A DNA stretch of 60,513 nucleotides, the filler included. It is 8 parts of 8 records of this genome, joined end to end, with 100 filler letters (N's around TTAATTAATTAA, not from the genome) between each part and the next. Parts side by side here need not be neighbours in the genome. Positions count along the whole stretch, not along the records: positions 19,196 to 26,239 come from SRR31156797_56590; positions 26,340 to 36,269 come from SRR31156797_56614; 6 more parts are not named here. One strand, 5' to 3'. Below, piece by piece: positions 19,766 through 29,208 of the stretch (the first letter of the stretch is position 1; the number at the start of each line of letters is the position of its first letter). A program made the translations under genes and the position numbers. The notes under the pieces were generated by a model. It was not told the DNA's origin, did no database searches, and saw only the letters and a program-made list of their open reading frames with translations.

Positions 19766-21757
19766 ATGCTTAAAAACATCAAAATCGGAATCAAACTTAT
19801 CGCGGTCGGCTCACTTATGCTGCTGCTTCCCATACTTGCCATGGGAATTATCTCTACAAATACGGCATCCGACGGGCTGGAGGCCTTGATCAGGGAGGAG
19901 CTGGAAAAAAGAACGGAGGAAATATCACGGTCTGTCAGCAACACTCTTATCCTGGAGGCAAAAATGGCCCTTGATATTGCCGGAAGGAAGGAAGCCAGAA
20001 CAGCCCTGGAAAGGGATTCGGCCACAGGAGGATCGGGTGCTCCCTATGAAATGAGTGCCATACTCGAAGATTTTGTGGCCACCGAAGGACTGGGAGACCA
20101 TTATATGGGGATTAATATCATCAACCCCCGGGGAAAGGTCATTTCCGCATCATCGCAGGACCGCATAGGTCTGGACCTGGCCGAACGCTCCTATTTCCTG
20201 GATGCCATGAAAGGAGAACTGAATATAGGAATCCCTGCCATCAGCATGGCCACTGGTCTGCCGTTCATCCCGATAGCAGCACCCATCCATTCAGACGATG
20301 GAGAAATCATCGGCGCCGCCGCCCTGATACTCAAACTTGATTTTCTCTGGCCCATAATCCAGGATTCAACAATTGGGGAAACAGGATACACCTTCATTAC
20401 AGATTCCAACGGCCTGATCATCTCCCACCCCGACGACACCCTCATTTTCGAGGTCAACCTGGAAAGCCTGGCAGGAATGGAGATGATTACCGAACGATTC
20501 AAAAACAGGGAAAACGGATATGAGAAATATATCTACAAGGGAGAGCCTAAACGGGCCGGTTTTGCCATTGTCCCGGATACGAACTGGGGTGTTTTCCTTA
20601 CAATTCCGGATTCAGAGTTTCTGGCAGCCGCCTACTCTGTCAGGAATACGATTATTATCGTCGGCGCCATCGGGTTCATCGTCGCCATGATCATATTCAT
20701 CCTTTTTGCCCGGGCCCTCACAAACCCGATCAAAAAGGGTGTTCAGTTCGCTCAGGAAATCAGCGAAGGAAAACTCTATACCGATATTGATGTCAATCAG
20801 AAGGATGAGATCGGTCTTTTAGCCGAGGCCCTTAAGGCAATGAAAGAAAAGCTGCGAAGTGTGGTATCGGATGTTTTCAACGCCTCGACCCAGGTCACCG
20901 ACGGCAGCAGTCAGCTTGCCCAGAGTGCAGAACAGCTCTCCCAGGGAGCCTCCGAACAGGCCGCCAACGCCGAAGAGGTTTCCGCTTCTGTCGAAGAGAT
21001 GGGCGCCAATATCCACCAGAACACCGAAAACGCCGCCGAAACGGCAAAACTTTCCTCCCGATCCGCCGTAGATGCGGAAGAGGGGGGATCCGCCGTTCTG
21101 GAAACGGTCAAAGCCATGAATGAGATCGCCGCAAAAATCAATGTTGTCGGCGATATCGCCCGGCAGACCAACCTGCTCTCCCTGAATGCGGCCATTGAAG
21201 CGGCCAGAGCCGGGGAACAGGGAAAAGGTTTTGCTGTTGTGGCATCGGAAGTCGGAAAGCTGGCGGCCGTCAGTCAGAAGGCCTCGGCAGAAATTCTGGA
21301 ACTTGTGACCCAGAGCGTAAAACAGGCCAACAACGCCGGAGACAAAATAAAGGCGATTGTTCCGGATATCCGACAGACCGCCGAGCTGGTTTCAGAAATC
21401 AGCGCCTCAAGCCAGGAGCAGAATACCGGCGCCGGACAGATCAATGAGGCCATGCAGCAGCTGGATCAGGTTATTCAGCAAAACGCCGCCTCGGCGGAAG
21501 AGGCTTCGGCCATGTCCGAGGAACTCACCTCCCAGGCAGAACAGCTGCGGGAGATGATAAGCTTTTTCAGAATGGAAACCCCGGCTCACAGACCGGAGTT
21601 TGATGACAGGGAAAGACCGATAAAAGCGATCCCGATGAAAGCGGCATCCCCCTCAAGGGCGCTTCCTCCGGCCCCGCCGGCTCCCGACCATAAAGCCCCC
21701 AGACAGAAGCTCCAGGAGAAAACCCAATCCTACGAAGAGGGATTCCAGGAATTCTGA
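19766..21757 (+). CDS. Methyl-accepting chemotaxis protein with Cache-type sensor and HAMP
   Basis: Two TMs, [43 protein letters not shown]-terminal GFQEF. Confidence 0.95.
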   Translation: MLKNIKIGIKLIAVGSLMLLLPILAMGIISTNTASDGLEALIREELEKRTEEISRSVSNTLILEAKMALDIAGRKEARTALERDSATGGSGAPYEMSAILEDFVATEGLGDHYMGINIINPRGKVISASSQDRIGLDLAERSYFLDAMKGELNIGIPAISMATGLPFIPIAAPIHSDDGEIIGAAALILKLDFLWPIIQDSTIGETGYTFITDSNGLIISHPDDTLIFEVNLESLAGMEMITERFKNRENGYEKYIYKGEPKRAGFAIVPDTNWGVFLTIPDSEFLAAAYSVRNTIIIVGAIGFIVAMIIFILFARALTNPIKKGVQFAQEISEGKLYTDIDVNQKDEIGLLAEALKAMKEKLRSVVSDVFNASTQVTDGSSQLAQSAEQLSQGASEQAANAEEVSASVEEMGANIHQNTENAAETAKLSSRSAVDAEEGGSAVLETVKAMNEIAAKINVVGDIARQTNLLSLNAAIEAARAGEQGKGFAVVASEVGKLAAVSQKASAEILELVTQSVKQANNAGDKIKAIVPDIRQTAELVSEISASSQEQNTGAGQINEAMQQLDQVIQQNAASAEEASAMSEELTSQAEQLREMISFFRMETPAHRPEFDDRERPIKAIPMKAASPSRALPPAPPAPDHKAPRQKLQEKTQSYEEGFQEF

Positions 21758-21800
21758 TTTACCCCTCCCCCGGCAGATAGCCTGCCGGGGGGTGAGACAT

Positions 21801-21843
21801 AAAAAAACCGGCCCCCTGCAAAAAGCAGCGGCCGGTTTTTTTT
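21801..21843. terminator. Bidirectional rho-independent terminator
   Basis: A-run, CCGGCC...GGCCGG stem, T-run between convergent genes; a second GC hairpin lies at 21767-21792. Confidence 0.8.
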
Positions 21844-21882
21844 CAGGAGACTGCTTTCGCAGCCTAATTAAGGTTATCTAGT

Positions 21883-22158
21883 CTAGTAACCGTAATTATC
21901 CCGGCGAGGTTTTCTCTCGTGGGCTTCGTTTACTCTCAGGTTTCTTCCGTCCAGCTCATTGTTATTCAGAGCAGAGATAGCTGCTTCAGCCGCGGAATCA
22001 TCTTCCATCTCGATAAAAGCAAAACCCTTGGGCCTGTTGGTTTCCCGATCCATGATTACATTAACACTGAGTACGGTTCCGTACTGAGCGAAAAGATCCT
22101 CCAGCTGATCTCCGGTGGTAGCATAGTTCATGTTTCCCACATAGACTTTCTTTGACAT
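21883..22158 (-). CDS. RRM (RNP-1) RNA-binding protein
   Basis: KVYVGNM (RNP2), KGFAFIEM (RNP1), GRNLRVNEA. Confidence 0.95.
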   Translation of the reverse strand: MSKKVYVGNMNYATTGDQLEDLFAQYGTVLSVNVIMDRETNRPKGFAFIEMEDDSAAEAAISALNNNELDGRNLRVNEAHERKPRRDNYGY

Positions 22159-22692
22159 ACAAATCATCCTTGTTTCCGGATTTTATCCGGGTAAATTTCT
22201 CCTGAGGTCCGTTATTGATTGTCTGTGCTTTTAATCTTTATTCTGGAATTATTTAACTAAAGAAGAATACCCGAAAGGACTTTAAACCATAATTAGAGAA
22301 ATGATGTCCAAAGAAAACCCAAAAAAGATTCAAGATTAAAAAGATCATACCAAAGCCGAAACTCAAGTACCTGAAACTTAGCATTAAATGTGTTTATGGT
22401 CAAGCTTGGTCGAAGAAAGCAGGGAAAAGTCTCATAATGTAATATATTTCGGCGACTCTAAAAGGAGAACTTCAACAGGCAGTCCGCCTTGAAGGAAAGA
22501 TCTCCCGAATTCAGAGCTCCTTCGTCATGATTCAGTTCATACACCTCACTGAAGGAGTTCCCCGCAGTCATACAGGCCAGCGAAAAATCAAACTCCAGAT
22601 TATCTTCGGTGAATTGCACATTCCCCCATTGGAGAAGGCTGTTGAAATAGAAGGGAGAATCTTCTGTAATGGGGCGGGTTCTGTTTAAAATG

Positions 22693-22732
22693 TTGACTTT
22701 TCAGTGTATGACTGATATTATTTTATTAGTCA
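22693..22732 (+). promoter_or_regulatory. Promoter and putative TetR operator
   Basis: TTGACT, 17 nt, TATTAT; overlapped by palindrome TGACTGATA-N6-TATTAGTCA (22709-22732). Confidence 0.65.
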
Positions 22733-22755
22733 CATAGTCACAAAAAGGAAAACAT

Positions 22756-23382
22756 ATGCCAAGAGGATTTAAAGAGGAAGAAAAAGAGAGAATCCGGATT
22801 AGACTGATTGAAGAAGGCAGCAGGCTCTTCGGTCAGTACGGCCTGCGAAAGACCTCGATAGATGAGCTGGTGAAGGCGGCGGGGATCGCCAAGGGTTCTT
22901 TCTATAGATTTTTTCCCACCAAGGAGGCCCTCTTTTTCGCCTGCCTCGAACTCCAGGAGCTGGACCTTCAGGAAAAACACCTTCGACCGGTTTTTGAGAA
23001 TTCCACCGATGCCACGGAAATGTTTACCAGACTCTTTCAGTTTATCTCAAAGCTCCCCCGGGAGTACCCTCTTATTTCGGCGACCTTGAAAAAAGAGGAG
23101 TACGAGGAGCTCCTGCACGGGGTTCCTGAGGAACAGGTTCTGGCCCATAGGAAGAAAGATCAGCAGGAGATGGAAGAGTTTATGGCGGTCTGGAAGGGGT
23201 ACGGTATCGAAATCAACGAGAATCCGGAAACTCTGAACGGCCTCTTCCAGTCTCTTTTTCTGCTCAGTCTCCATCGCAGGGAGATTGGAGAGACGATCTT
23301 CGACAATTCCATGGACCTTCTGGGAAAAGTGATGGCCGAGGGTATGGTGAGCCTGTATGGCTCGGGGAGGAAGAAAGAATGA
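22756..23382 (+). CDS. TetR/AcrR family regulator
   Basis: GLRKTSIDELVKAAGIAKGSFYRFFPTKEALF. Confidence 0.93.
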   Translation: MPRGFKEEEKERIRIRLIEEGSRLFGQYGLRKTSIDELVKAAGIAKGSFYRFFPTKEALFFACLELQELDLQEKHLRPVFENSTDATEMFTRLFQFISKLPREYPLISATLKKEEYEELLHGVPEEQVLAHRKKDQQEMEEFMAVWKGYGIEINENPETLNGLFQSLFLLSLHRREIGETIFDNSMDLLGKVMAEGMVSLYGSGRKKE

Positions 23383-24260
23383 TTGATGTAAAAGGCTTGT
23401 GTTACACCTATCCGGGAGAGACAAAACGGGCGGTAGACAGCATTGATTTCCATATTGAAAAAGGAGAGATCTTCGGCTTTCTGGGACCTTCAGGAGCGGG
23501 AAAGTCCACAACCCAGAAGATCCTCACCGGGTTATTAGGCGGATGGAAGGGGGAAATTCGGATCGCCGGACGGGATCTGACCGCTCTGGGAAAGGAGTAC
23601 TGCCAGAATATCGGCGTTGCCTTCGAGTTTCCCCATTTCTATCAGAAATTTTCCGCCATTGAAAACCTCCGGTTCTTCGGAAACCTCTATCACCGCACCG
23701 CCGCAGGCGGCAAGAAAAACCTGGAGAAAAGGATAGCCTCTCTTCTGGAGGCTGTCGGCCTGGGAGAAGAGGGAGAAAAGAAGGCCGGCGAATACTCAAA
23801 GGGAATGAAAATGCGGCTCAATCTCTGCCGGGCCCTCCTCCACTCTCCGGACCTGATCTACCTGGATGAACCGACCTCCGGTCTGGATCCGGTGAACTCC
23901 CGGAATATCCGGAAAATCATCAACTCCGAAGCAGAGGCGGGCAGGACAGTATTCCTCACCACCCATAATATGGAGGTTGCCACGGAACTCTGTGACCGGG
24001 TGGCCTTCCTGAATGAAGGAAAAATGGCGGTTGTGGATACACCAAAAAACCTGATGCTCGCACACGGCCGTCAGGAGGTGAGGGTGGAGTATGAGGCAAA
24101 CGGGAGGGGATCCCGGACAGCCGAATTTCCCCTGGAGGGGCTCGGAACCAACACACAGTTCCTCTCCCTCCTTAACAACCAAAAGATCACGACCATCCAT
24201 TCCCGGGAGGCCACTCTTGAGGATGTGTTCATAAAACTGACAGGAAGGGGTCTGGAATGA
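23379..24260 (+). CDS. ABC exporter ATP-binding protein
   Basis: GPSGAGKST, YSKGM, LDEPTSGLDP. Confidence 0.93.
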   Translation: MIDVKGLCYTYPGETKRAVDSIDFHIEKGEIFGFLGPSGAGKSTTQKILTGLLGGWKGEIRIAGRDLTALGKEYCQNIGVAFEFPHFYQKFSAIENLRFFGNLYHRTAAGGKKNLEKRIASLLEAVGLGEEGEKKAGEYSKGMKMRLNLCRALLHSPDLIYLDEPTSGLDPVNSRNIRKIINSEAEAGRTVFLTTHNMEVATELCDRVAFLNEGKMAVVDTPKNLMLAHGRQEVRVEYEANGRGSRTAEFPLEGLGTNTQFLSLLNNQKITTIHSREATLEDVFIKLTGRGLE

Positions 24261-24976
24261 TAAATACGAGACTCACAACCCTGGGAGTACAGGATTTCAG
24301 GTTCCAGTTCCGGTCAGGAATTCATCCCGTCTACCTGGCCGTTTCCCTCCTTTACATCGTTCTTCTGCTCATCCTACCGGATCGCTGGATGGGGACACTC
24401 TATCCCGCCATCATTCTTACAGATCCGGCTCTGATAGGCTTCCTCTTCGTCGGAGCCCTCCTTTTCTTCGAGCGGGACCAGGGACTTTTCCCCCTCCTTG
24501 CGGTCAGTCCCGTCCCTATCCGGGAGTACATCATTTCGAAGGTCCTCTCTCTCGGCACCATTGCCACGGGAACAAGCCTGATTATAGGAGCCCTGGTCCT
24601 GAGGATGAATCTAAACTATCCCCTCCTTCTCCTCGGGACCTTCCTCACATCCTCCCTGTTCACTCTTTCCGGGATCGCCATCGCCCTGAGGTTCAAAAAC
24701 ATGAGTTCCTTCCTCATCCTTTCCGGGGGGATCGATATCCCGATTATCCTGCCTTTGATTTCCACCTTCGGTTTCTGGGATTCTCCACTCCTCTTTCTCC
24801 TGCCCACCAGGGGAAGCCTTGTCTTTCTGGAAGCAGCCGTCGGCAAGCCCCAACCGCCACTCTACTGGATCGGTGGAACCTTGACTCTCATCCTTTGGAT
24901 GATTCCCGCCTGGGCAGGCGCCCGAAAAAGCCTGGAGAAAGAATTCACACTCCTGCCGGGAGATCAGTGTGAATAA
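24257..24976 (+). CDS. ABC exporter permease (fluoroquinolone-export-type)
   Basis: Six TMs, DPALIGFLFVGALLFFER. Confidence 0.8.
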   Translation: MINTRLTTLGVQDFRFQFRSGIHPVYLAVSLLYIVLLLILPDRWMGTLYPAIILTDPALIGFLFVGALLFFERDQGLFPLLAVSPVPIREYIISKVLSLGTIATGTSLIIGALVLRMNLNYPLLLLGTFLTSSLFTLSGIAIALRFKNMSSFLILSGGIDIPIILPLISTFGFWDSPLLFLLPTRGSLVFLEAAVGKPQPPLYWIGGTLTLILWMIPAWAGARKSLEKEFTLLPGDQCE

Positions 24977-25691
24977 TTTTACCATCATTATAAAAAAAGA
25001 AGCCGCCCAGTTTTTCAGAGATCCAATGACCCTGTTTATCGGGATCCTTCCTCTTCCTATCGCCCTGGTCTTCCGATTCGGAATCCCGCCGCTCGTGGAA
25101 CTTACAGCACCCTGGGTGGATTTGTCGGGACTGGAGCCCTTTTGGGCGGGTCTTCTGATCATACTTGGTCCGATGCTGTTCGGAATGACCGGAGGCTTCC
25201 TCTTTCTGGATGAAAAAGATCAGGGCCTCCTGCCCTCTCTGAAAGTAACCCCGGTGAGCGACTCCTTCTGGATCCTTGCGAAAACCTTTCTCCCTATGGC
25301 CATTACCATTCCCGGTGTTCTGCTGCAGATTTCTCTCTGCGGCCTGGTCCCGCCCCTCAGTCTCCGGTATCTCCCCCTGGCCCTCCTGGCAGCCATTGAA
25401 GCCCCCTTTCTCACACTTTTTCTGGCCTCCTTTTCAAAAGACAAGGTTCAGGGGATGACTATGGGCAAGACGATTAGCATCGTGATGATTCCGCCGCTGC
25501 TGCTCTTCTTTATTGAAAACCCTCTTGTTCATCTTACCGCCCTCTCCCCTCCCTACTGGATTCTCCAGACCTTCCGATACGCAGAAGAGGGAGATCGGAG
25601 GTACTGGATGTTCTTTCTGGGAGGTCTTGTCTACCACGGGATTCTGGGACTGCTTTTTTTCAGAATCTCACAAAAGAAAATATTCAGTTGA
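24969..25691 (+). CDS. ABC exporter permease, second subunit
   Basis: GFLFLDEKDQG...VTP, KVQGMTMGK, PPYW. Confidence 0.8.
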   Translation: MNNFTIIIKKEAAQFFRDPMTLFIGILPLPIALVFRFGIPPLVELTAPWVDLSGLEPFWAGLLIILGPMLFGMTGGFLFLDEKDQGLLPSLKVTPVSDSFWILAKTFLPMAITIPGVLLQISLCGLVPPLSLRYLPLALLAAIEAPFLTLFLASFSKDKVQGMTMGKTISIVMIPPLLLFFIENPLVHLTALSPPYWILQTFRYAEEGDRRYWMFFLGGLVYHGILGLLFFRISQKKIFS

Positions 25692-25736
25692 TTTTTTGCC
25701 GGGCATAAACCATAATTTTAAAAACGGGGGAGCCTT

Positions 25737-26239
25737 ATGGAAAAACGAAACCGAAATTTGTACAAACTTGACGATATCTGTCTCATTCTCTCAGCCATTC
25801 TTTTTATTGCGCTGATCTATCAGTTCCGACACCTGGTAGGCTACCTGGGAGGTTCGGACTTAAGCCTCCTTCTGGATGAAGCCCGTTTTCTGGTTACCAT
25901 GATGCCCATACGTCTGGGCGGCCTGCTATTCTCCGCCCTTTTCTTCCTGATCGTAGGACGGGTGGTCCGAAAAAAGGAGAAGATCAGCCTTGAGGTGATC
26001 GATGCCATCAGCTACCGGAGCCGGACTTCGGTCCCGTCACTGGCTGCGGAACTGGGCCGGGACGTGGAAAAACTGGAAAAGATTGTAAAACAACTGGCGG
26101 CCCTCCCGGGTGCGGGAGTCAGTTACGACGGAAACTATGTGAAAATTGATCGGGGAGAATCTGTCGAAACAGATGACAGGTATACCCGAAATTACGATTC
26201 CATTGTTCAGGAAGAGATTCACATGGCAGATAACCCTGC
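25737..26239 (+). CDS. Hypothetical 2-TM protein with possible HTH, 3'-truncated
   Basis: GGAG RBS; two TMs followed by SVPSLAAELGRDVEKLEKIV. Confidence 0.6.
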
Positions 26240-26339
26240 NNNNNNNNNNNNNNNNNNNNNNNNNNNNNNNNNNNNNNNNNNNNTTAATTAATTAANNNNN
26301 NNNNNNNNNNNNNNNNNNNNNNNNNNNNNNNNNNNNNNN
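26240..26339. other. Artificial contig linker
   Basis: N44-TTAATTAATTAA-N44. Confidence 0.98.
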
Positions 26340-26351
26340 CAAGTTAAAACA

Positions 26352-26386
26352 CTTGGGGCTTGGAGCTTGGAGCTTGGTATTTGGTA
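26352..26386 (+). repeat. Tandem heptamer repeat (YTTGGNR x5)
   Basis: CTTGGGG CTTGGAG CTTGGAG CTTGGTA TTTGGTA. Confidence 0.75.
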
Positions 26387-26393
26387 TTCTTCT

Positions 26394-27113
26394 CTAAAAC
26401 AGACCAAATCTTTTCTTTCTTTTGGCGGTATTCTCTCTATCTATTTGTACAATATCTGTTAGACCATGCTTATCGAATCCATCGAATAAAGACTCAACAC
26501 CTTTCTTCATTTTTCGATTTACTTCTTCGCTGTAAAGCGGTATTATGGTATAAAAATCAACCGATTTATTTTCCAGTTCAAGGGTATGAAATTCTTGTCC
26601 AAAAACAATGGTTGGCAACAATAACATGGTATTTAGTTCCGTATTTTCTGCAAAAGGCTCGGCAGGATCACCATTTGGAATGGTATGCCCGTAGCCCAAC
26701 CACGTATTGTATTCGTGAGGAAATCTTGCCAAATACTTTAACCATCTCACTGGCCAATAATTTCGTTCATCCTCGAAATCTTCATCGGATATTTTCCATT
26801 CCTCTGGCAAACAAATACTCAATTCTGCGTATTCACAGCCCTCAACTCCTTCGGGTGTTATCATCGCTTTATCACTCATTCCCGAAGTAACTAAAGTATG
26901 AAAGGGTCTCTTCTTAGTCGGTTTTACCCAATGAATGTCAACATGAACCTGATCGGATACCAGCTCATGGAATACCGTATCGATTTTGCCAACATGCTTT
27001 TCTATGTGATCCGAAATCTCATCAATAGATGACTCACCCGAAGCCATTTCAAAATCGTTTATATCCGATTCCTTGTATCGGTAAATGGGTGATCCTGATT
27101 CTGATTTTTCCAT
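26394..27113 (-). CDS. Suppressor-of-fused (SUFU) domain protein
   Basis: VFHELVSDQVHVDIHWV, TLVTSGMSD, WLGYGHTIPNG, IPLYSEE; start at MEKSESG. Confidence 0.88.
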   Translation of the reverse strand: MEKSESGSPIYRYKESDINDFEMASGESSIDEISDHIEKHVGKIDTVFHELVSDQVHVDIHWVKPTKKRPFHTLVTSGMSDKAMITPEGVEGCEYAELSICLPEEWKISDEDFEDERNYWPVRWLKYLARFPHEYNTWLGYGHTIPNGDPAEPFAENTELNTMLLLPTIVFGQEFHTLELENKSVDFYTIIPLYSEEVNRKMKKGVESLFDGFDKHGLTDIVQIDRENTAKRKKRFGLF

Positions 27114-27214
27114 TTTAATGGTATTAATTGGTAACAAAAACACTGTTTTTTATTACAGAAAACTTTATTCATAGCCACATGTCAAGCATCATAGAGGTGC
27201 CAGACATGTTAATC

Positions 27215-27235
27215 CTTGGAGCTTGGTATTTGGAG
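27215..27235 (+). repeat. Tandem heptamer repeat x3, preceded by a hairpin
   Basis: CTTGGAG CTTGGTA TTTGGAG; ACATGTC...GACATGT hairpin at ~27177-27209. Confidence 0.65.
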
Positions 27236-27238
27236 CTT

Positions 27239-29194
27239 TTACTTCCCTTCCAATATCAAGACCACCTTATTAAAATCTGCCGCAGCATTTACCACATTTC
27301 TAAAGGCTTCAATGTGTTTTTTGTCGGTATATATTTCGTTGTAAAACTCATCAATCTCAACAATGTACTTGTTGCCCTCAATACGATGCTTCGAGACGAA
27401 TTTAAACAGGATTTCCCCATCAATTTCGTGTACTACATTCATGTCGGCAACATCGGGATTCGAAATGCTGTAATCCTCGGGAATGGTGAACTCAATGTTT
27501 CGTATGTACCAGCGGTTGAACTCATTTTCGATATCTGCCTTTCGTTCCTCTTCCTGATACATCTCCGATTGGGGTCCTATGCTCTCGCCAATGTTCACCA
27601 AAATTTTATTCCCAGCCTGCTCCATAAAATCTTCAGATAGCACATCGGCATAAATGATAAAGTCTGCATCGGAGGCTTGTGGGTTCTCCGATTTTTCGTG
27701 AGTGGTCATCTCTTTGTATTCCGGTTTTCCCAGTTTGGTAGCCATGATATTCTTCAGGAATTCTCCCTTGGCTTTTTCATCCATCATGCTGTAAAACTGC
27801 TTGAAAAATCCACCACTTAAACCATGAAAGCAACGCTCGGTAATGATATGAGTCAAACTCTCATCTATATTCAAGTCCATTTTAATAAACATGTGATCGT
27901 AATTCTCTCGGTAATCCGCAGCTTTTATCTCTTTGAGCTGGGCTACTGCCGATTCAAAATTGCCCACCTTTACCAGTTCAACAAATAAACCATCGCTGGC
28001 TCCAAGTGTAGCCGGGAAACATCCCAATCGAAACTGCAAGTTTGCAGGTGCAATGTACTGGTCTATTTCAGGCAAATAAATCAAATACTTTCGCAGGTAA
28101 TCCCAGGAACTGAAGTCCTTATCCAATGGGAAGACATCTCTATCGGAAGCCAAAACAATATTGTGCTGAATGCCCAACTGCTTGAACAAATTGGCATAGA
28201 TTTTTACAATTCCTCTTTCGCTCGAAACCTTGTTCTGAGACACAAATTCCAGATTATCGAATTCGGGTGCATGAAATTCCTGTATCAGAATGTTCTTTTT
28301 AAGGTAATTCTCAACATTCGCTACTTTCTGCTTTACATCGGCGGCGGACAAATCAATTTCACTCTTCATTTTATCCAATACTTCCTGATCTTTCCCCTCT
28401 AGCAAATAGTTGTTGGCATAAATTCTTTGAGCTACATGATCCCAGGTAAGTATCGGAAATTTCCCCTGATCGGTATTGTATGCCAATCGGTATTCAACGC
28501 GAGCTCTTCTTGGGTTCAGGTAGGCAAACTTCTCCTCTTTTAGAGCTGGAATATTTTTCATCTCGGCGGTGTAAACATTTCGCTCTTCACCCAATTGATT
28601 GTCTAGCTTAATATCGGCATTGTAAGCCTTTGTATCGTAGATTAATGTTGCTGGCGACGACAATTCCCATCTGGCTTGCAATACCGGATATGGATACTGA
28701 AAATAGGCACGTCCGAAATAATCCGAAGGGATCTTTTTTACCATGATGTACTCAATATCGTTTCCAACCTCTATCCCATCAATAGCAAATATCTTGTACT
28801 TATCATGACTCTCATCGTCGGTAACTTCCTTGATGCTGCTCTCATCAAAATTTACAATTTTTCCATCTTCATTAATGGTTCTGGCTTTAATATCTATCAG
28901 CTCTACCCCATTCCCTATTTCCATTGATAAGGTATTCAACTGGTTCACTGCCTTATCGTTTAAGGCTCTGAATTTCCTATGGACCGTTTGAAATACAAAT
29001 AGATTTCCTTCCTGATTGTGGAAATATTCGTAGCGCTCGAAGGAATAGAGTCCTACCCGATCCTCGCTTGTAAATTCTTCTGGAATGGTAATGTAAGCAG
29101 GCTTACTCTCCCATTTATATTCGCTTGGTGCTATTTGTGCCAGAGCCAACAGATGGCTAAAAACGAGGCAAAATGTAATATAATATGTCTTCAT
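27239..29194 (-). CDS. Secreted DUF3857-domain protein with degenerate transglutaminase-like core
   Basis: Signal peptide, IKARTI...DG, FAIDGIEVGNDIEY, NIPALKEE; no GDC motif. Confidence 0.8.
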   Translation of the reverse strand: MKTYYITFCLVFSHLLALAQIAPSEYKWESKPAYITIPEEFTSEDRVGLYSFERYEYFHNQEGNLFVFQTVHRKFRALNDKAVNQLNTLSMEIGNGVELIDIKARTINEDGKIVNFDESSIKEVTDDESHDKYKIFAIDGIEVGNDIEYIMVKKIPSDYFGRAYFQYPYPVLQARWELSSPATLIYDTKAYNADIKLDNQLGEERNVYTAEMKNIPALKEEKFAYLNPRRARVEYRLAYNTDQGKFPILTWDHVAQRIYANNYLLEGKDQEVLDKMKSEIDLSAADVKQKVANVENYLKKNILIQEFHAPEFDNLEFVSQNKVSSERGIVKIYANLFKQLGIQHNIVLASDRDVFPLDKDFSSWDYLRKYLIYLPEIDQYIAPANLQFRLGCFPATLGASDGLFVELVKVGNFESAVAQLKEIKAADYRENYDHMFIKMDLNIDESLTHIITERCFHGLSGGFFKQFYSMMDEKAKGEFLKNIMATKLGKPEYKEMTTHEKSENPQASDADFIIYADVLSEDFMEQAGNKILVNIGESIGPQSEMYQEEERKADIENEFNRWYIRNIEFTIPEDYSISNPDVADMNVVHEIDGEILFKFVSKHRIEGNKYIVEIDEFYNEIYTDKKHIEAFRNVVNAAADFNKVVLILEGK

Positions 29195-29208
29195 ATGATT
29201 GTAATGCT

